Source of the DNA: an uncultured Gammaproteobacteria bacterium
GTDB lineage: Bacteria; Patescibacteriota; Patescibacteriia; UBA9934; GWF2-40-263
Reading direction: 5' to 3'
Assembly: GCA_964538435.1 (NCBI GenBank)
Contig: CAZIDX010000008.1
Span: 1-60,909 of the forward strand
Length of the DNA stretch: 60,909 bases
Part shown: in pieces, positions 9,242 to 18,274 of the stretch
How the letters are laid out: each line of letters starts with the position of its first letter
Position numbering within the stretch: position 1 is the stretch's first letter
Made by a program: the position numbers and the translations under genes
Notes under the pieces: generated by a model
What the model was told of the DNA's origin: nothing
Database searches by the model: none
Seen by the model: only the letters and a program-made list of their open reading frames with translations

Positions 9242-10069
9242 TCAGTTCTCGAGCAGGAGCTCCGGGAGCTCCTCGCGGCCCTGGTAGCGCCGGTAGGTGT
9301 TCTGTCCCTTGCGCGACCGCATGGCCGACTGCCACCGCAGGTTGCGGTACTCGTGTCCGCTGAGGCTCTGGAGGTGCTCGACCTCCTCGCTGGTGAGCTT
9401 GCGCGTGCGCGTGTACTCGAGCGGGTGGTAGCATTCGCGCCACTCACCGTCCTTCCAGACCACCTCGATGTGCCAGGTCAAGACCTCGACCCAGCAGAAC
9501 TCACCACTGTTCACGATGAAGTACGCGCTCTCGAGGTATCCGTCCATGATGGCGTCCAGGTCCGGGATGACCTGCTCGTGCACCGGCCAGGTGTCCGGCT
9601 CCGCGTGCTGCGGGCGCGGGCTCCGCGTCCAGTTCCACTCGTAGTCCTTGTCCGAGCGCAGGATGCCCTCGTGGTCCACGATGAGGTCCCGCCAGCCCGA
9701 GTGTGGGTCGTCCTCGAATCCGATCCAGTACCGGATCTGCTCTTCGAGGATCCTGTGTCCGCGCCAGGAACGCCGCGGGAACTTGCGGCACAGCCGGCTG
9801 TACACGTCGTCCCAGCGCTGTCCGATCTGCGACTGCAGCCAGCGGCTGAGGGCCTGCGAGCTGTGCTCGCGCTTGCCCGAGTATCCCCAGCACAGCGGCA
9901 GGGGCTCCGCCGGTTCGTGTTCCAGCCAGACTTCCTGGTCCAGGCTCAGCCTGTGGCAGTGCGCTCTCCAGCGCCTGCGCTCGCTCCGGTTGCTCGCCCG
10001 GCGGTTCTCCCGCCAGTCCGTCCTGCTCCCGCATTCCACCAGGGTGCGGGCCAAGTTCTTGGTGGACAT
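9242..10069 (-). CDS. Hypothetical Trp/Arg-rich protein (GC-rich islet gene)
   Basis: ATG at 10069 is preceded by AGGAGGTG. The gene has its own promoter (10147-10175) and a terminator hairpin (9216-9236). I recognise no domain. Confidence 0.55.
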   Translation of the reverse strand: MSTKNLARTLVECGSRTDWRENRRASNRSERRRWRAHCHRLSLDQEVWLEHEPAEPLPLCWGYSGKREHSSQALSRWLQSQIGQRWDDVYSRLCRKFPRRSWRGHRILEEQIRYWIGFEDDPHSGWRDLIVDHEGILRSDKDYEWNWTRSPRPQHAEPDTWPVHEQVIPDLDAIMDGYLESAYFIVNSGEFCWVEVLTWHIEVVWKDGEWRECYHPLEYTRTRKLTSEEVEHLQSLSGHEYRNLRWQSAMRSRKGQNTYRRYQGREELPELLLEN

Positions 10070-10081
10070 GTCTCTCACCTC

Positions 10082-10102
10082 CTATCGAAGACTTGAATAC
10101 AT
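10082..10102 (-). CDS. Candidate 6-codon leader ORF (MYSSLR)
   Basis: AAAGGAGGTG (10106-10115) lies 3 nt from ATG 10102. The TAG stop (10084-10082) overlaps the SD of the 9242..10069 gene. Confidence 0.25.
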   Translation of the reverse strand: MYSSLR

Positions 10103-10146
10103 GTGCACCTCCTTTCGTGGGGTTTTAGGGATTCTGGCAGCAACTC

Positions 10147-10175
10147 AGTATGTAATAATTTGCTCTTTTTGTCAA
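10147..10175 (-). promoter_or_regulatory. Promoter of the 9242..10069 gene
   Basis: On the minus strand: ATTCTTGACAAAAA with TTGACA (10175-70), 17 nt spacer, CATACT (10152-47). Confidence 0.55.
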
Positions 10176-10226
10176 GAATCTAGTATCATTCGAGCAGAGG
10201 CACGATAATCTGTAATCGTCATTTCT

Positions 10227-10916
10227 ATGCCACATCCACACCAATCCATGCTTGATGAGTTCGCTTTTGCAATCAGGCATTTTGTTCCAACGCTTCCAGA
10301 AGAAGTAAAAGCTGATGCAGAGCGAGTTCTCGAGTCTTTGACGCAAAACCCAGACGCTGACGAACCTATCATCAAGAAGGCCTTTCACGACATCGGGATC
10401 CAAGAATATCCGCATCGTCATGCCTACGATGAGCTCACAAGCACTTCCGCAGCAGATCAAATGAAAAAGATGGTCCTCTCGCATGTAGAAGACCCTGTCC
10501 GCGACATGATCAAGCCCCACCTTGATGCAGGTGTAGGCCTCACAGAGCTCGTACGCTCTGATGTGTTTGAAAAAGAGCTCTCTGCTGAGCAGCGCTACCA
10601 AGTGGAGGACGGAATTATGGTTGCAAAGTCAAAACTCGCAGATTCCCTTAAAGGCGAGGTAAATGACAATGCAGAGGCTTATCAAGACCTTCTCAAAAAA
10701 TGGCAGGACCACACAGAAGAGATCCAAATCAAGATCGAAGAACTAGAAAAGTACGCAGAAGGCGGCACAGAGTCCCAGCAAGAGGAGATCAGAGCCAAGG
10801 CCGAGCGCTACCGCGAAGGCTTCATTCTCACAGAAACCGACCCAGATCTGGAGGAAATCAAAAAGGAAATCGAGTACTGGCAAGAGACGTTTGCAAAAGA
10901 CGGAGAAAACGAATAA
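10227..10916 (+). CDS. Hypothetical acidic helical protein (backbone GC)
   Basis: 229-aa ORF, Glu/Lys/Asp-rich, with a coiled-coil-like C-terminal half. I recognise no domain. Confidence 0.55.
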   Translation: MPHPHQSMLDEFAFAIRHFVPTLPEEVKADAERVLESLTQNPDADEPIIKKAFHDIGIQEYPHRHAYDELTSTSAADQMKKMVLSHVEDPVRDMIKPHLDAGVGLTELVRSDVFEKELSAEQRYQVEDGIMVAKSKLADSLKGEVNDNAEAYQDLLKKWQDHTEEIQIKIEELEKYAEGGTESQQEEIRAKAERYREGFILTETDPDLEEIKKEIEYWQETFAKDGENE

Positions 10917-10954
10917 TAACAAACCAAAAAAGAGCCCCCAAGGCTCTTTTTTTG

Positions 10955-11497
10955 TTACGCACCCTGCTTTGCAAGCTGAAGGATCTCTTGAACAAAGTCA
11001 GATTTATCTTCTGTGTACTTCTCTCTTACACCTCGGTGCTCCGAAAACAACCTCTCCTTTAACTGGGTGTACTCCTCAGCCTTGTCTAAATGCTCGATGA
11101 GATAGTTGCGAAATAGCAAGTATTCTCTCCAGGTATCAGAATCAAGAGCAACAAGCTTCAAATAATGAGTCCGTTTCTCTTCGGGGCCCTTCACAAACAA
11201 AATACTTCCTTGAGTCTTTCGCTGGTCCCGCATAAAGGAATACCCGAGTTTTTCAAGTAGGGGTGTGCAACGCTCATAGTTGTCGAGTCGATCAATCGCA
11301 ACAGCAATATCCATAATGGGCTTCGCAAGCATTCCAGGGACAGCTGTGGACCCAACATGCTCAATTCCAAGAGCGATATCTCCAAGGGCTTCTTGCAAAG
11401 CCTGCTTCTCCTCTTGAAAAAGACGCGCCCACTCTGGGTTGTAAGGCACAAGTTTCACAGTGCCGCGTTTTAGCCCTAGCACATCATTCATATGCAT
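10955..11497 (-). CDS. GrpB/UPF0157 family protein
   Basis: GIEHVGSTAVPGMLAKPIMDIAV and LEKLGY motifs typical of GrpB nucleotidyltransferase-like proteins. Confidence 0.75.
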   Translation of the reverse strand: MHMNDVLGLKRGTVKLVPYNPEWARLFQEEKQALQEALGDIALGIEHVGSTAVPGMLAKPIMDIAVAIDRLDNYERCTPLLEKLGYSFMRDQRKTQGSILFVKGPEEKRTHYLKLVALDSDTWREYLLFRNYLIEHLDKAEEYTQLKERLFSEHRGVREKYTEDKSDFVQEILQLAKQGA

Positions 11498-11635
11498 ACA
11501 TATTATCAGATATTTTTACCAGAATCGATATCAACACATGTGCATTTTTCCCCTTGTTTTTTCTCTCAAAAAGTGCTAATATTTTGTCGTTAATTCTCCG
11601 TCAATCATGGACGGATTTCTCTTATTTTCTCCAGT

Positions 11636-12286
11636 ATGGAAATTACATGGAACGGACTTTCATCCTTTGAAATCAAGGCAGCTCGGCCAAGCGGGGACGT
11701 AAAGATTGTTACTGACCCCTACCAGAATACAACAGGGCTTCGCTTCTCTCGCACAGCGCAATCAGAGATCCTTCTTGTCTCACATGACGAAGACGACGCA
11801 AACAATATAAGCGCGATTGGAGGAGAGCCTTACGTTGTTGATATGCCAGGCGAGTTTGAGATAAAAGACATCTTCGTGTTTGCCATCGATGCTCCGCTCA
11901 AGCGTGAAGAAAAGAAAAAGCGCGTAAACAACCTAGTGTTTCGCATCGAAGCAGAAGGAATGAAGATCGCCCACCTAGGTGCGCTCGACAGGGCACTGAC
12001 AGACACAGAGCTCCAGCAACTCAACAACATCGACATTCTCATGATTCCAGTTGGTGGAGAGAGAGTGATGACTCCAAAAGTGGCTGCAGAGGTCATTTCT
12101 CAGGTTGAACCACGTATTGTGATTCCAATGACACACGGCATTCCTTCGCTCAAAGAAAAGCTTGGAACAGTGGATGTGTTTTGCAAAGAATTTGGAACCT
12201 GTAGGCGAGAAGACATGAGCAAGTTCAAGATCAAGAAAAAAGATCTTCCAGAAGAAGACATGCTTATCGTAACGCTCAGCAAGTAG
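11636..12286 (+). CDS. Metallo-beta-lactamase-fold hydrolase (UPF0173-like)
   Basis: N-terminal ITWNGLSSFEIK...VTDPY and VSHDEDD metal-site-like motifs. 216 aa. Confidence 0.7.
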   Translation: MEITWNGLSSFEIKAARPSGDVKIVTDPYQNTTGLRFSRTAQSEILLVSHDEDDANNISAIGGEPYVVDMPGEFEIKDIFVFAIDAPLKREEKKKRVNNLVFRIEAEGMKIAHLGALDRALTDTELQQLNNIDILMIPVGGERVMTPKVAAEVISQVEPRIVIPMTHGIPSLKEKLGTVDVFCKEFGTCRREDMSKFKIKKKDLPEEDMLIVTLSK

Positions 12287-12287
12287 T

Positions 12288-12662
12288 GTGGCCAAGAAAA
12301 AGGCTGTCAAACCTGTTCGGCTCCGTCCGCTCAGCACAAAACACCGCATCATGATGTATGCAAGCATCATGGTGGCCGTGCTGGTTATCAGTGTGGGTTG
12401 GTACATGACCATGAAAAACGTGCTGCCCGACCTGGGGCACTTTGGCGCCCAAGCCAGATCCACCTTTGAAGAAGTGACAGGCACGCTGATCGATTTTTCT
12501 CAACCAACCATCAACGAAGCCACAGAGCGTATTGAAGAGATCAAGCATCAATACAAAGACGCAACAGAAGCTGTGCAGGAAGAGATTCAGGCTCAAGAGC
12601 AAAGTGCTGCAACCGAAGAAGAGCCAGAAGATCAACAAACAAATCAAGACATAAGCGAGTAA
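12288..12662 (+). CDS. Small membrane-anchored protein, unknown function
   Basis: The GTG start lies 1 nt after the preceding stop. One TM helix (MMYASIMVAVLVISVGWY) is followed by an acidic tail. An internal ATG start is possible. Confidence 0.4.
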   Translation: MAKKKAVKPVRLRPLSTKHRIMMYASIMVAVLVISVGWYMTMKNVLPDLGHFGAQARSTFEEVTGTLIDFSQPTINEATERIEEIKHQYKDATEAVQEEIQAQEQSAATEEEPEDQQTNQDISE

Positions 12663-12684
12663 ACAATTTTCCGCATAAGACGAT

Positions 12685-15171
12685 ATGCCTCGAAAGAAAA
12701 AGTACAACCCTAATCAAGAGAAGCTCCTCAACAATGTTGGCAACATCGAGCCGCAAAGCTTGGTGAATGAAATGGAGACAGCCTACCTTGAGTACGCCAT
12801 GTCCGTTATTGTCGGACGTGCCCTCCCGGATATTCGCGACGGGCTCAAGCCAGTGCACAGACGTATTCTCTACTCCATGTGGCAGACAGGATTGCGCTCA
12901 ACAGCAAAGTTTAAAAAGTGTGCAACCGTTGTGGGAGACGTGCTTGGTAAGTATCACCCTCATGGCGACTCTGCAGTGTACGACTCTCTCGTGCGCATGG
13001 CGCAAGACTTTTCTATGCGCTACCCACTTGTGCGCGGACAAGGAAACTTCGGTTCCCTCGACGGTGACTCTGCGGCTGCCTATCGTTACACAGAGGCAAA
13101 GCTAGAAAAGATTTCAGAGGAACTGCTTCTTGACATTGAAAAAGACACAGTAGATTTCAAGCCAAACTTTGACGGCACGCACAAGGAGCCAACCGTGCTT
13201 CCAGCCAAGCTGCCAAACTTGCTTATCAACGGAACGGTTGGTATTGCAGTGGGAATGGCTTCAAACATTCCGCCACACAACCTCACAGAGATTGCCAATG
13301 CCGTGCTTGCGCTTATCAAAGACAAGAACACTACCATCGACGATCTCTCAGAAATCGTGCAAGGACCAGATTTCCCAACCGGAGCCATTGCGTACTCAAA
13401 GAACGACATCAAACAAGCGTTCTCAACAGGAAAGGGTGGTGTGGTTGTGCGCGCACGCACAGAGATTGTGGAGGGAAAGAAGGGATATCAAATTATCGTG
13501 ACCGAGATCCCATATCAGGTGAACAAGGCAAACCTTCTCATGAAGATTGCGCAGAATGTCAGGGACAAAAAGATCGAAGGTATTAAGGACTTGCGTGACG
13601 AGTCTTCAAAAGAAGGTGTGCGTATTGTGGTTGATCTGAAAAAAGATGCTTACCCGAAAAAGGTGCTCAACCGTCTCTATCAATCCACACAGTTGCAAGA
13701 GACCTTCCACTACAACATGCTTGCGCTGATCGATGGTATCCAGCCGCGTGTGCTCAACATCAAGATGATCCTGGAGGAGTACATCAAGCATCGGGTGGAA
13801 GTTGTGCGCCGAAGAACAGAGTTTGACCTTAAAAAAGCAAAGGACCGCGCACACATTCTCGAAGGATTGCGCATTGCGATTCTAAAGATCGACCAGGTAA
13901 TTAAGACGATTAAGGCATCAAAGGACAAGGACATCGCGCGCGAAAACTTGATGAAGAAGTTCAAGCTCTCAGAGCGCCAAGCGCTCGCGATCCTAGATAT
14001 GCGCCTCCAGCAGCTAGCTAACCTTGAGACGCTCAAGGTTGAGCAGGAATACAAAGACAAGCTCAAGATCATCAAGGAGCTCGAGTCCATTCTCAAATCA
14101 AAGAAAAAGATGATGGGTGTGATTGCAAAGGAAGTAGAAGAAGTGCGAGACAATCACGGGCAAGAGCGACGAACAGAAATCATCAAGCATGGCATCAAAG
14201 AATTCTCTATTGAAGACGTGGTGCCAGACAACCCAACCGTTGTCATGATGACGCGAGCAGGGTACATCAAGCGCCTCTCACCAGACACATTCAAGACGCA
14301 AAAGCGTGGTGGAAAGGGTGTGTCAGGACTTGCAACAAAGGAAGAAGATATTGTAGAGCAGGTATTCTCAACAACAACACACAAAGACCTTCTCTTCTTT
14401 ACCTCACGTGGTCGTGTGTTCAAGCTCAAGGCCTACGACGTGCCTGAGACATCGCGCACAGCCAAGGGGCAGGCCATTGTGAACTTCCTCCAGCTTGCAC
14501 CAGGAGAAAACATTTCAGCCTCATTCTCGCTGGGTGACATGGAAAAGATGAAGTACCTGGTCATGGTGACCAACCGTGGAACCATCAAAAAAGTCGAGCT
14601 CAGTCAGTTTGATAACGTGCGTCGCTCAGGACTCATCGCGATCAAACTAAAGGACGGTGAGAATCTCGAGTGGGTGCGACCAACCAGCGGAAAGGATCAA
14701 GTCGCGCTTGTGAGTGCAAAGGGGCAGGGAATCCGATTCTCAGAAGAAGACATCCGACCAATGGGGCGCGTAGCTGCAGGTGTGCGCGGAATGAAGCTCA
14801 AGTCAGACGACCAGATCGTTGGAATGGGAACCATCGACGCAACAGCTGCAAAGAAGAAGGGGAGCGTGCAACTCATGGTGATCATGCAAAACGGATACGG
14901 AAAGCGCTCAGACATCACAGAGTACAAAGTTCAAAAGCGCGGCGGTTCTGGAGTAAAGACCGCAAACATCACCAAGAAGACAGGAGACATTGTCTCAGCC
15001 CGCGTGGTTGCAGCAGACTCCAAGAACGATCTCTTCGTGATTACAGAAGCTGGACAAGTGCTCCGATCTCCAGTGAAATCCGTCTCAGTGCTCGGTCGAG
15101 CCACACAAGGTGTGCGTGTCATGCGATTCAAAAAAGCAGGAGACACCATCGCCAGCGTGGCGCTAGTTTAA
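12685..15171 (+). CDS. gyrA: DNA gyrase subunit A
   Basis: GKYHPHGD, active-site Tyr motif [10 protein letters not shown], and C-terminal beta-pinwheel repeats. 828 aa. Confidence 0.95.
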   Translation: MPRKKKYNPNQEKLLNNVGNIEPQSLVNEMETAYLEYAMSVIVGRALPDIRDGLKPVHRRILYSMWQTGLRSTAKFKKCATVVGDVLGKYHPHGDSAVYDSLVRMAQDFSMRYPLVRGQGNFGSLDGDSAAAYRYTEAKLEKISEELLLDIEKDTVDFKPNFDGTHKEPTVLPAKLPNLLINGTVGIAVGMASNIPPHNLTEIANAVLALIKDKNTTIDDLSEIVQGPDFPTGAIAYSKNDIKQAFSTGKGGVVVRARTEIVEGKKGYQIIVTEIPYQVNKANLLMKIAQNVRDKKIEGIKDLRDESSKEGVRIVVDLKKDAYPKKVLNRLYQSTQLQETFHYNMLALIDGIQPRVLNIKMILEEYIKHRVEVVRRRTEFDLKKAKDRAHILEGLRIAILKIDQVIKTIKASKDKDIARENLMKKFKLSERQALAILDMRLQQLANLETLKVEQEYKDKLKIIKELESILKSKKKMMGVIAKEVEEVRDNHGQERRTEIIKHGIKEFSIEDVVPDNPTVVMMTRAGYIKRLSPDTFKTQKRGGKGVSGLATKEEDIVEQVFSTTTHKDLLFFTSRGRVFKLKAYDVPETSRTAKGQAIVNFLQLAPGENISASFSLGDMEKMKYLVMVTNRGTIKKVELSQFDNVRRSGLIAIKLKDGENLEWVRPTSGKDQVALVSAKGQGIRFSEEDIRPMGRVAAGVRGMKLKSDDQIVGMGTIDATAAKKKGSVQLMVIMQNGYGKRSDITEYKVQKRGGSGVKTANITKKTGDIVSARVVAADSKNDLFVITEAGQVLRSPVKSVSVLGRATQGVRVMRFKKAGDTIASVALV

Positions 15172-15213
15172 ATAAAGAACACCTCGGGGAAATCTCGAGG
15201 TGTTTGAATACAT

Positions 15214-15789
15214 ATGAAAATCGAATACGAAGCAACATTTGAAAACGTAAACAAAGAAGAGATTCGAGCTCGACTAAAAGAAGCAGGAGCCAAGCTGGAG
15301 AGAAAAGAGTTTCTTCAAAAAAGGGTGGTATTCAATCTCCCAAAGGGTCATGAGATTCCTGGAGGTTGGCTCAGGGTTCGGGATGAGGGAGATCGAATCA
15401 CCTGCAGCCTCAAAATCGTGGACGGAGATAAAATCGAGGATCAAAAAGAAATACAAATCGATGTGTCAGATTTTGATGAGGCAGTCAGATTACTCGAAAC
15501 ACTCGGTGCCGAGCGAAAGGCTTTTCAAGAGAGCAAGAGAGAGTTGTGGGTACTCGATGGAGTCGAAGTCATGATTGATGAATGGCCATGGCTCAGTCCG
15601 TTTATTGAGATAGAAGGGGAGAGTGAGGAGAAGGTTAGAGCTGTTGCTGAAAAACTCGGGTTTGATTATTCTAAGGCGCTTTTCTGTGCAGTGGGAGATC
15701 TCTACGCTCGTCAATTCAATATCACACTCGACCAGATCAACAATCAAACCCCACTCATCAAATTCGAGGATCCTTGCCCATTTGAGTAA
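15214..15789 (+). CDS. CYTH-domain protein (class IV adenylate cyclase / triphosphatase-like)
   Basis: N-terminal KIEYEATF (ExExK-like) motif and an overall alternating acidic/basic beta pattern typical of CYTH. 191 aa. Confidence 0.6.
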   Translation: MKIEYEATFENVNKEEIRARLKEAGAKLERKEFLQKRVVFNLPKGHEIPGGWLRVRDEGDRITCSLKIVDGDKIEDQKEIQIDVSDFDEAVRLLETLGAERKAFQESKRELWVLDGVEVMIDEWPWLSPFIEIEGESEEKVRAVAEKLGFDYSKALFCAVGDLYARQFNITLDQINNQTPLIKFEDPCPFE

Positions 15790-15838
15790 AACCACACCCC
15801 ACCCCCCAAAGAAAGTGTCAAAATACTTGTTGAGCGAA

Positions 15839-15933
15839 GCTGTGACATCAAAAACAAAAAACCGAGGTGGTGGTGCCCCTTGCGATATCGGGCGCCCGGC
15901 TCCGCCTCGGTTTTTTGTTTTTGATGTCATAGC
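15839..15933. terminator. Very long hairpin (about 32 bp, core 25 bp perfect), probably a bidirectional terminator
   Basis: 15843-15867 tgacatcaaaaacaaaaaaccgagg is the exact reverse complement of 15905-15929. The A-tract and T-tract lie inside the arms. It sits between the CYTH gene and the rpmF promoter. Confidence 0.6.
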
Positions 15934-15941
15934 AAGCGATC

Positions 15942-15970
15942 TTGACAAAAAACCCTCAACTTGATACACT
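15942..15970 (+). promoter_or_regulatory. Sigma70-type promoter of rpmF
   Basis: TTGACA (15942-15947), 17 nt spacer, TACACT (15965-15970). Confidence 0.55.
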
Positions 15971-15996
15971 TTCGCCGTTAAATAAGCAATTTTGTT

Positions 15997-16245
15997 ATGT
16001 CAGTACCAGCACGAAAAAAGTCAAATTCTGCAGGAAAGAGGCGCCGATCCCACATTCACGTAGACCCAGTAAACACTGCTGGTTGTGCTAAGTGTGGCAA
16101 GCCTGTGCTCTCTCACCGTGCATGTGGTTCATGTGGTTTCTACAAGGGACGACAGGCCGTTGATCACTCACGTGAGGCTGAGCGAACCATCAAGAAGATG
16201 GCAGCAGCCCCAGCACCAGAAGCAGAAGAAAAGACAGCAGAGTAA
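15997..16245 (+). CDS. rpmF: 50S ribosomal protein L32 (bL32) with C-terminal extension
   Basis: MSVPARKKSNSAGKRRRSH plus zinc ribbon CAKCGKP...CGSCGFYKGR. Confidence 0.85.
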   Translation: MSVPARKKSNSAGKRRRSHIHVDPVNTAGCAKCGKPVLSHRACGSCGFYKGRQAVDHSREAERTIKKMAAAPAPEAEEKTAE

Positions 16246-16249
16246 ACAA

Positions 16250-16272
16250 AAGCCCGGGGTTGCCCGGGTTTT
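16250..16272 (+). terminator. Intrinsic terminator after rpmF
   Basis: Stem cccggg / cccggg with loop gttg, followed by tttt. Confidence 0.6.
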
Positions 16273-16342
16273 GGCTTTTCATACAGCTCTTCCGGTGTTA
16301 CCATACCAGTAGTTCTTTTCGTTCATTAGTCCTTTTTGTTCT

Positions 16343-16840
16343 ATGTCCAATCGACACCTTTCACGTACAATTGCACTTCAGTCCCTGTACCAATGGGATT
16401 TTCAAGAGCAGCCAGCGGATCGCATGGCTGAAATTGTTAAATTCAATCGTCAGGAGTTCGCTCCAAAGTTTGATGATGAAGGCTTTGTAGACAAACTCAT
16501 AAATGGAGTGCTTGAGAACCTGGAAAAGATCGACCAGATCATCACCAAGTTCGCACCAAACTGGCCGCTCGATACAATCACGATCATTGATCGTAATGTA
16601 TTGCGCCTCGGCGTCTTTGAGCTCAAGATCGCAGAAGAGATCCCAGCCAAGGTTGCTATCAACGAAGCTATCGAGCTTGCAAAAGGGTTTGGAGGTCAAG
16701 CCTCAGGTCGATTTGTAAACGGCGTGCTCGGAGCCATCTACAAAGACATGGTCTCACGCGGTGTGGTCAAAGAAGTCGACAAAAAAGAAAAGCGAGAGAA
16801 ACCAGAGTCAGAAACAAAGGAGGACGAAGTTAATTCATAA
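16343..16840 (+). CDS. nusB: Transcription antitermination factor NusB
   Basis: RTIALQSLYQWDF... and VLRLGVFEL motifs. The C-terminus has a basic/acidic extension. Confidence 0.85.
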   Translation: MSNRHLSRTIALQSLYQWDFQEQPADRMAEIVKFNRQEFAPKFDDEGFVDKLINGVLENLEKIDQIITKFAPNWPLDTITIIDRNVLRLGVFELKIAEEIPAKVAINEAIELAKGFGGQASGRFVNGVLGAIYKDMVSRGVVKEVDKKEKREKPESETKEDEVNS

Positions 16841-16848
16841 CAAACCAT

Positions 16849-17544
16849 ATGCCCAAAGAAGATTTTTCTGATTTGGAACAAACCCTTGGTGTCACGTTTC
16901 AAAACAAAGATACGCTACGCCAAGCGCTTGTTCATCGCTCATACCTCAATGAGCACCCAGACTTTCCGCTCGGACACAACGAGCGACTCGAGTTCCTCGG
17001 CGACGCCGTGCTCGAGCTAGTCGTAACTGAAAACTTGTACGAAAATTACGAGAACCCAGAAGGGGAGCTCACAAACTGGCGCGCAGCACTAGTAAACTCA
17101 GAAATGCTAGCCAAGCTCTGCCACGAACTAGCAGCAGAGCCCTACCTCCACATGTCAAAAGGTGAGGCAAAGGATACAAAGTCAAAAGCGCGCAAGTACA
17201 TCCTAGCAAACGCCTTCGAGGCCATTATCGGAGCGATCTACCTTGACGCCGGATGGGAAGCAGCAAAAGTATTCATCACAGACCGCGTGCTCGCAGAACT
17301 TCCAGCAATCCTCAAAGACGAATCGTACATTGATCCAAAGTCTCGCTTCCAAGAAGCATCGCAAGAGCACCTTGGAATCACGCCTTCCTACAAGGTGATG
17401 TCAGAAACAGGTCCAGATCATGCAAAGGAGTTTGAAGTAGGTGTGTTCCTTGGCAAAGAAAAGGTTGCAGTAGGAAAAGGGACCTCAAAGCACGAAGCAC
17501 AAGTGGCAGCCGCACAAGCAGCAATCGAGCTCAAAGGCTGGTAA
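16849..17544 (+). CDS. rnc: Ribonuclease III
   Basis: Signature ERLEFLGDAVLELVV plus a C-terminal dsRBD (GPDHAKEFEVGV...GKGTSKHEAQVAAAQAA). Confidence 0.95.
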   Translation: MPKEDFSDLEQTLGVTFQNKDTLRQALVHRSYLNEHPDFPLGHNERLEFLGDAVLELVVTENLYENYENPEGELTNWRAALVNSEMLAKLCHELAAEPYLHMSKGEAKDTKSKARKYILANAFEAIIGAIYLDAGWEAAKVFITDRVLAELPAILKDESYIDPKSRFQEASQEHLGITPSYKVMSETGPDHAKEFEVGVFLGKEKVAVGKGTSKHEAQVAAAQAAIELKGW

Positions 17545-17613
17545 TCGTAACCCGGTTACGGAGTCTTTGCTAGAGTCAGTCAAAAAGAAAGCCGACCCCG
17601 CAATGGGTCGGTT

Positions 17614-18027
17614 TTAGATTGCAGCGAGCTCTGGAATACGGCCAAAGGCCACCAGGCGCTCTGCAGGGATGTTGCCGATCGGTGCTTCGATCACGCCAAG
17701 CGAAGAGTTCGCAGCATGAACGAATCGTCCAGACTCCGTGGTCATGCCAACATGCCCCACAAGATCGTGCTCGTGTCCCAAGCGTCGCTTGCCCTGACCA
17801 ACCATGAACACGAGGTCACAGGGTCTGAGGTCGTCCGGGTGAACTGGGATCGTGCGTTCAAACTGCTCCTGAGCGTAGCGTGGGAGCCGAATACCAGACT
17901 CAGCAAACACCCACCAGATCATCACAGAGCAGTTCACAATCTCTGGTGCATCCTCCGGCTGAGCACGAAGGATGTACTGCGCGCGACCAACCAGTGTCCG
18001 CGCCCGAGCTACGATTTCTTCGTGCAT
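17614..18027 (-). CDS. NlpC/P60 family cell-wall peptidase (GC-rich islet gene)
   Basis: Catalytic Cys context VNCSVMIWWVF, His GHVGMTT and FVHAANS. ATG at 18027 has GGAGGG upstream, because the track start at 18042 is TTG. Confidence 0.7.
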   Translation of the reverse strand: MHEEIVARARTLVGRAQYILRAQPEDAPEIVNCSVMIWWVFAESGIRLPRYAQEQFERTIPVHPDDLRPCDLVFMVGQGKRRLGHEHDLVGHVGMTTESGRFVHAANSSLGVIEAPIGNIPAERLVAFGRIPELAAI

Positions 18028-18075
18028 AAGGAGTCCCTCCAAATCGTACGTCGATAAGAATAGGGGATTTCATTC

Positions 18076-18117
18076 CCAACGTCCAGCGTCCAACGTCCAG
18101 CGTCCAATGCTGGACGT
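18076..18117 (+). repeat. 14-nt periodic TCCAA array (A-A-B) ending in a TCCAA-loop hairpin
   Basis: ccaacgtccagcgt occurs twice (18076-18103), then ccaatgctggacgt. 18093-18102 pairs with 18108-17 (10 bp, one GU). The loop is tccaa at 18103-18107. Confidence 0.8.
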
Positions 18118-18126
18118 CGAGGAGGA

Positions 18127-18155
18127 TTGACAAAACCACCAAAATACGCTTAAAT
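18127..18155 (+). promoter_or_regulatory. Promoter of the 18275..19747 gene
   Basis: TTGACA (18127-32), 17 nt spacer, TTAAAT (18150-55). Confidence 0.6.
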
Positions 18156-18274
18156 CCATTTCTAGCCGGCGCCGCCGGTTTAACGCTGAGAATGGACTTG
18201 CGATGCTCAGGCAACCCCTGAGATTGCGCCCGGAACCGCCGGGATCCGCAGCTCAGCACAACACAGGAGGAAGC

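Noticed and set aside
7740-10096. Long plus-strand ORFs in the first GC-rich islet (7740..8492, 8410..9363, 8657..9112, 9140..10096).
   Set aside because: They are antisense to ORFs that have SDs, promoters, terminators and, for 7743..8471, clear GNAT motifs. Their translations are Arg/Ala/Leu/Pro-rich low-complexity strings typical of shadow ORFs in high-GC DNA.
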